A stretch of 64,000 nucleotides of DNA, taken from assembly GCA_963664405.1 (NCBI GenBank), contig OY761158.1, positions 5,568,001 through 5,632,000 of the forward strand. Direction: 5' to 3'. A program made the translations under genes and the position numbers. A model generated the notes under the pieces. That model did no database searches. It was not told the DNA's origin and worked only from the letters and a program-made list of their open reading frames with translations. The stretch comes from Thermoanaerobaculia bacterium. Its GTDB lineage: Bacteria > Acidobacteriota > Thermoanaerobaculia > Multivoradales > Multivoraceae. Below, one piece after another: positions 59,876 through 64,000 of the stretch. Position 1 is the stretch's first letter; each line of letters opens with the position of its first letter.

Positions 59876-60789
59876 CTAGCTCGCGCCGGCGCCGACCGCG
59901 GTCGGGATCGGCTGGCTGGGCTGGATGTAGGGGAAGGGGTCGGCGAAGCCCGCCAGCTCTTTGAACAGCTCCGGGTCGTCGCACTCGTCCGCCAGATCGC
60001 GCTGGAAGCCGCCCTGAATGTTCTCTTGCGAAGTGATCATCATGTGCCTGTAGTAGTTGGCGATCGAGAGCCGCATTCCGGGGATCAGCCGCGGATAGGC
60101 ACCGTGCCAGGTGGCTCCGTGAAAGACGATGACCGAGCCTTTTTCCGCCTCGACCGGAACTGCCTTTCGGGCGGCATCCGGTTGGGCCGGTCGCGAACCG
60201 GAGCGGTGGGAGCCGGGGACGTACGCCAAAGCACCGCCGGCTTTGGTGTAGTCGGTGAGGCACCAGTTGGTGTTCGAGGTCAGTGCCACTCGTCCCCACG
60301 GCAGCGGGACCGCAGTTTGGTCCGCGTGCAACCCCAGACCGGGGCCGTAACCGAAGTCTCCTTGCCACTTGACGAAGGAGTTGTGCGAGCTGAAGCGGGT
60401 CGCCTTCGGGCCGATCATGTGACGGATCAGGGTCACCGCTGCAGGGTTCAGGGCGAGGTCGCGAAACATTCGATCGATGCTGCCGAGCTGTTGGATGAGG
60501 AACTGGGACGGTCTCCCCCCCCCTCTTCCGAAAAGGTGCTTGCTCTACCGGATGGGAACTCTAGCTCTGCACCAGGGCCCTCGTTCAGGCTGAAGGGACT
60601 TCCGGTCATCGCTTCGGCGCGCTCCAGGATGATCTCGACCATGCGATCGACTCGACCCATCCCGAAGCCGTGAACTTCGGGCGGAACCACGGTCAATCCG
60701 TTGACTTCGAGCTCGAGTACATAGGTCTCGAGGTTCAACTCGCGGATGGCGTTACCCAGTCCTTCGGACGTTCCTGTGAGTGGCGGCAT
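59876..60789 (-). pseudogene. Phytanoyl-CoA dioxygenase (PhyH) family gene frameshifted at a G9 tract
   Basis: N-half MPPLTGT...ELEVNGLTVVPP...EEGGG; C-half in another frame RPSQFLIQQLGSIDRMFRDLALNP...LHADQ...WCLTDYT..GG...VPGSH...FHGATWHG...R. The frames switch at C9 (60515-60523). Confidence 0.75.
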
Positions 60790-60869
60790 GTTCTTTCTGG
60801 TCTCCTGCCTTGGATTGCGGGAGGCATGAGTTTGCCACAGGCGCGGCCCTTGCGAATACTGCGGCGGCG

Positions 60870-61139
60870 CTAGGCGGCCTTCATTGCCTTTGCGACGGCG
60901 AGCTCGATGAGGAGCTCCGGGTCGATATCGGAGGCCAGGACACAGGTGACGTCTCCCTCTTGCCAGTTCGAGAAGGTCCTGTAGGCCCGCAGGTAGGTCT
61001 CCTGCACCAGGTCCGCCGCATCTTCGGGGCTCCCGGTCCACCGCATCGCTGCACCGTAGAGCATGCGGGTCAGCGGCAGCGTCAGCTCCTCGAAGTGAGC
61101 GCGTAGCTCGGAAGGGCGATCCTGGGTCGGCTCAGGCAT
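60870..61139 (-). pseudogene. Truncated ECF sigma factor (partial region 2) fused to an unrelated tail
   Basis: FEELTLP...LYGAAMRWTGSPEDAADLVQETYLRAYR, then no region 2.3-4; 89 aa in total. Confidence 0.65.
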
Positions 61140-61269
61140 CGGGCTGGGTCGACATCATAGAGAGGTTGGGCAGAGAGCGCACTCGACTGGGGAACTTTCT
61201 GGACCTCCGCGGTGTTCACTACCTCTATCTTTGAACCGGTGGCGCCGAGCGCCGCCAACAGGAGGACTG

Positions 61270-61741
61270 ATGAGGCTTACGTTCATGCTCGCACTTTCGA
61301 TCTGTTTGAGTCTCGTAGCGGTGCCATCTCTTGCACAGCCCGAGTGGGAGATCACCGTGACCAACCTCACGAAGGGTCAGACTTTCACACCGATCATGGC
61401 CGCTAGCCACGATGGCGGGATCAAGCTCTTCAAGCTCGGAAAGCCGGCGAGCCCTGAGCTCGTCTCGTTGGCCGAGGAGGGCAATACGGCCCCGAGGACG
61501 CACCACCACCGTGCTGCGCGCCTATGACGCCGGTAGTGAGATGAATGACGAGCTCTGCGCCTCCATACCTGGTCCAGCATTGCCTTTTCCTGGGCCGGAA
61601 TGTGGGGCCGGTGGGGCGCCGGGTGGAGGCGAAGGCTACGTCTACACCCACCCAGGAATTCATGGAATCGGAGACCTTGCGGCCTACGAGCGCGACTGGA
61701 GAAACCCGGTCGCTCGAGTTGTCGTTCACCCAGTTGAGTGA
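61270..61741 (+). pseudogene. Spondin_N-domain secreted protein with internal deletion/frameshift
   Basis: Frame 1: signal peptide + ITVTNLTKGQTFTP..ASH...LF..G..AS..L..LAEEGN. Other frame: AYDAGSEMNDE...EGYV..HPGI...DWRNPVARV. Frames switch near 61490-61500 and the family's central segment appears absent. Confidence 0.65.
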
Positions 61742-61845
61742 CCCGGAGCCAAGAACGGTAACAGTGAGGGGGGCAGAAATGCCCCCCTCTTACTGTCGAT
61801 CTCGAGCGCTTCGGCTGGTGCCGGGCTGGCAGGCTCTTGCTTGGG

Positions 61846-62568
61846 TTAGCGCGGTTCCTGCAGCTCGAGTCGAGCCGTTGTGAGTCCGTCGGAAGTCTCG
61901 ACCGCAGTGCTTCGGACGGGGATCTTATGATCGTAGATCGGGCCGGCGAAGACATAGGTGTGGAACTCGCCGTGCTCCCCGCAGGGGTTGGTGGTTCCGG
62001 GGAGGTCTTCGAGGAATTGACGGTCGAAGAGACGGCCGGCGAAGTCATCGCTGAGAACCGAGGCGTCTACTGCACTCACCCTCGCGCGCAGACCGCTGTC
62101 GATCATCTCCTCGGCCAGCACTCCCGTATCGAGGCCCCAGACCGGGAACACGGGCTCGATTCCGGTGCCTGCCATGTTCTTCTCCCTGTAGGCGCGGATT
62201 TCCTCGAGAAAGAGATCGCCGAACGCGATATGGGTTACTCCTTGCTCGAGTAGCGCTTCGATCGCCCTGAGCATGGCGGCTTCATACTCTTCGTTCGGAC
62301 AGGGGAAGGGGATCGGAACTTTGAGGAGCGGCAGCCCGGCGGCGATCGCCTGCGCGTCGAGGAGTTGCTCGGAGATCCCGTGCATGGGTACGCGCTGCCG
62401 CGTGGCGTCGATCGTAGAGAGCAACCCGACGACCTCGAATGCCTCCTCTTGGCGTAACAAATGCAGAGCCCACGCACTGTCTTTGCCCGAGCTCCATGCG
62501 ATTACGGTCTTTCGTCTTAGTGAGCTCAGCTGTTCTCCGCCGTCGGCCCCGTGCCCGAGATCCGTCAA
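61846..62568 (-). CDS. Adenine nucleotide alpha-hydrolase, diphthine-ammonia ligase (Dph6/MJ0570)-like
   Basis: WSSGKDSA PP-loop, RVPMHG, FGDLFLEEIRAYRE, PCGEHGEFHTYV..GP. Confidence 0.85.
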   Translation of the reverse strand: MTDLGHGADGGEQLSSLRRKTVIAWSSGKDSAWALHLLRQEEAFEVVGLLSTIDATRQRVPMHGISEQLLDAQAIAAGLPLLKVPIPFPCPNEEYEAAMLRAIEALLEQGVTHIAFGDLFLEEIRAYREKNMAGTGIEPVFPVWGLDTGVLAEEMIDSGLRARVSAVDASVLSDDFAGRLFDRQFLEDLPGTTNPCGEHGEFHTYVFAGPIYDHKIPVRSTAVETSDGLTTARLELQEPR

Positions 62569-64000
62569 TTGAAGAGCTTGAGGAAGGTCAGGAAAACGCT
62601 AGTGCCGTCGTCCGGCCCGGCGACCGCGAGCCCGAGATCCAGACTGACGATGGTCCTCCAGGGGCCGACGAAATTGCCTTCTATGCCGACTCCGGCAAGG
62701 AGCTCGTCGCTCAGACCTGCCGCTTCGTCGGTGGCGAAGGCGGCGTCGCCGATCAGGCTGAGCCGGAAAATCTCGCCCATCTCGAAGCCGTAACTCATGT
62801 GGGTGGCCCAGGCCCGTTCGGCTCTCACCTTGTCGCTCTGGTAGCCGTGGACGCGGATGTCGCTGAAGAATCCGAATTCGTACTTGCTGAAGCGATCGAG
62901 GTCGTTGCCGTCTACGTACTCGATCTCGAGCCCGATGCGCTGAAAACGGGGAAGGTGCCAGTTCTTGGCAAAGCCGGCGGCCCACTGATTGAAGCTGTCG
63001 TTGTCGGGGCTGAAGTCCGGGCTACCAGGAAGCCCCCACGGCTCCCATTCCGAACGGCTACTGTGGGTGCCTCCCAGACGCAGGCGGTACCCGGCGCGGT
63101 TGTAGCGCCCGGTCAACGAGAAAGAGTGCGTGAAGTGATCACTGGGAAGAGTGAAGTCCTCGCTCGTGTTTTCGCTCCGGCTGAAGTCTTGGTAGGCGAG
63201 GCCGTAGGAGAAGTCGATCTTGCCGAAGTTACCGATGGTGTGGCCGAGGTCGAGCGCGAAGCGTGCGGGAAGCACTTCGACCTCCTCGCCGATCAACTCG
63301 CTACCGTTCTCGAAGACTTCATTGTCACCTTCGACTGCGATGCCGAAGAGGTCGACACCGATATCCCAACGGCTGCCGAAGAGGCTGGGGTCGGCGATAT
63401 TGGCATTGAGGAGAGCACCGGCGAAGAAGACGTTGACTTGAGCTCCGGTGTCCTTGAAGTTCAGCGAGAAATAGTCGATCCCCGCCAGCGGTACCGGATA
63501 GTCCAAAGACTCGTCGAAAAATACTCCGCCACCTAGAAATATGCGGCTCGGCTTGAGCTTCTCTTGCACGACCCTCTCGCCGGTCTCCTTGTCGGTGATC
63601 AGGTAGCGCAGTCCCTCTGTCGTGTCTCGCACCATCGTCGCCTCGGAGCTGAGCACTACCTCACGTCGGTCTTCGAAATCGGCTCCGTTGAGAATGAGAT
63701 TCGTGAGCTCGGTCTCACTCTCGACGACGGTGCTGGTGTTGAGCACCGACCAGATCTGTTGACCGATGGTATGGGTGGGCAGATAGAGGGCGTCTCTCGA
63801 CCACGCCGCTGCTTGCCCGTCGCTGCCCACCGGTGTGTAGTCGAGGGTGTTTTCGTTGGAGATGACGTCGCCTTCGAGCCCCAGCTGCACCGCGCGGGTT
63901 CTTACTCGAGCGAAGAGCTCTCGATCGATCCAAACCGTACCCTGAAACAGGCTCCGGCCCTCGACGATCGCGGTGGGCTTGAACTCTACGACCCAGCAGT
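62565..64000 (-). CDS. Large exported/outer-membrane protein (LolA/MucB-like segment + probable beta-barrel); 5' end outside the window
   Basis: Frame stays open to the window end (CWVVEFKP...FQGTVWIDRELFARVR); C-half has alternating aromatic beta-strands ending VFLTFLKLFN. Confidence 0.6.
   Translation of the reverse strand, partial: CWVVEFKPTAIVEGRSLFQGTVWIDRELFARVRTRAVQLGLEGDVISNENTLDYTPVGSDGQAAAWSRDALYLPTHTIGQQIWSVLNTSTVVESETELTNLILNGADFEDRREVVLSSEATMVRDTTEGLRYLITDKETGERVVQEKLKPSRIFLGGGVFFDESLDYPVPLAGIDYFSLNFKDTGAQVNVFFAGALLNANIADPSLFGSRWDIGVDLFGIAVEGDNEVFENGSELIGEEVEVLPARFALDLGHTIGNFGKIDFSYGLAYQDFSRSENTSEDFTLPSDHFTHSFSLTGRYNRAGYRLRLGGTHSSRSEWEPWGLPGSPDFSPDNDSFNQWAAGFAKNWHLPRFQRIGLEIEYVDGNDLDRFSKYEFGFFSDIRVHGYQSDKVRAERAWATHMSYGFEMGEIFRLSLIGDAAFATDEAAGLSDELLAGVGIEGNFVGPWRTIVSLDLGLAVAGPDDGTSVFLTFLKLFN

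Noticed and set aside
9525-63536. Numerous long overlapping alternative-frame or antisense ORFs (e.g. 12534..13619, 17109..18308, 42684..43607, 62439..63536)
   Set aside because: Expected in high-GC DNA; each overlaps a well-supported gene and lacks family motifs.
1-64000. Genome-wide UGA reassignment (genetic code 4 or 25)
   Set aside because: Many conserved genes end at TGA at their expected C-termini, often in ATGA/GTGA overlaps (dppB, pdxS, metY, glcD, clpB).

Overview
This is a GC-rich, gene-dense bacterial chromosomal window. The ASPIC/UnbV-TPR, PEGA-kinase and PQQ-propeller genes suggest an Acidobacteriota-like organism (inference only). Ordinary content: a Dpp/Opp ABC transporter, pdxR-pdxS-pdxT, an LLM monooxygenase, an M20 peptidase, a Tat-exported xanthine-dehydrogenase-family enzyme with a cytochrome b, metY-metX, lepB, glcDEF, a ClpX-like ATPase, mocA-clpB-cbpA, a ferredoxin, hemL, a Ser/Thr kinase-TPR/NHL-PEGA/PDZ cluster and a TRAP transporter. 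The main hidden signal is two adjacent minus-strand genes that the ORF track splits at in-frame TGA codons. One is a signal-peptide-bearing DsbA-like protein (EFLDYQ-U-PYC) and the other a PrdB/GrdB-like protein (LLVPV-U-PVC). Each TGA occupies the catalytic Cys position and is followed by a SECIS-like hairpin with the same loop geometry, so this is a probable tandem selenoprotein locus, followed by an archaemetzincin-like protease. Also seen: two copies of a ~170 bp TAG-flanked MITE-like element, an in-frame palindromic insert in pdxT, an inverted octamer-repeat element, a DUF429-like/HD-hydrolase fusion, and three adjacent broken genes at ~60-62 kb. No rRNA, tRNA or CRISPR array was seen.
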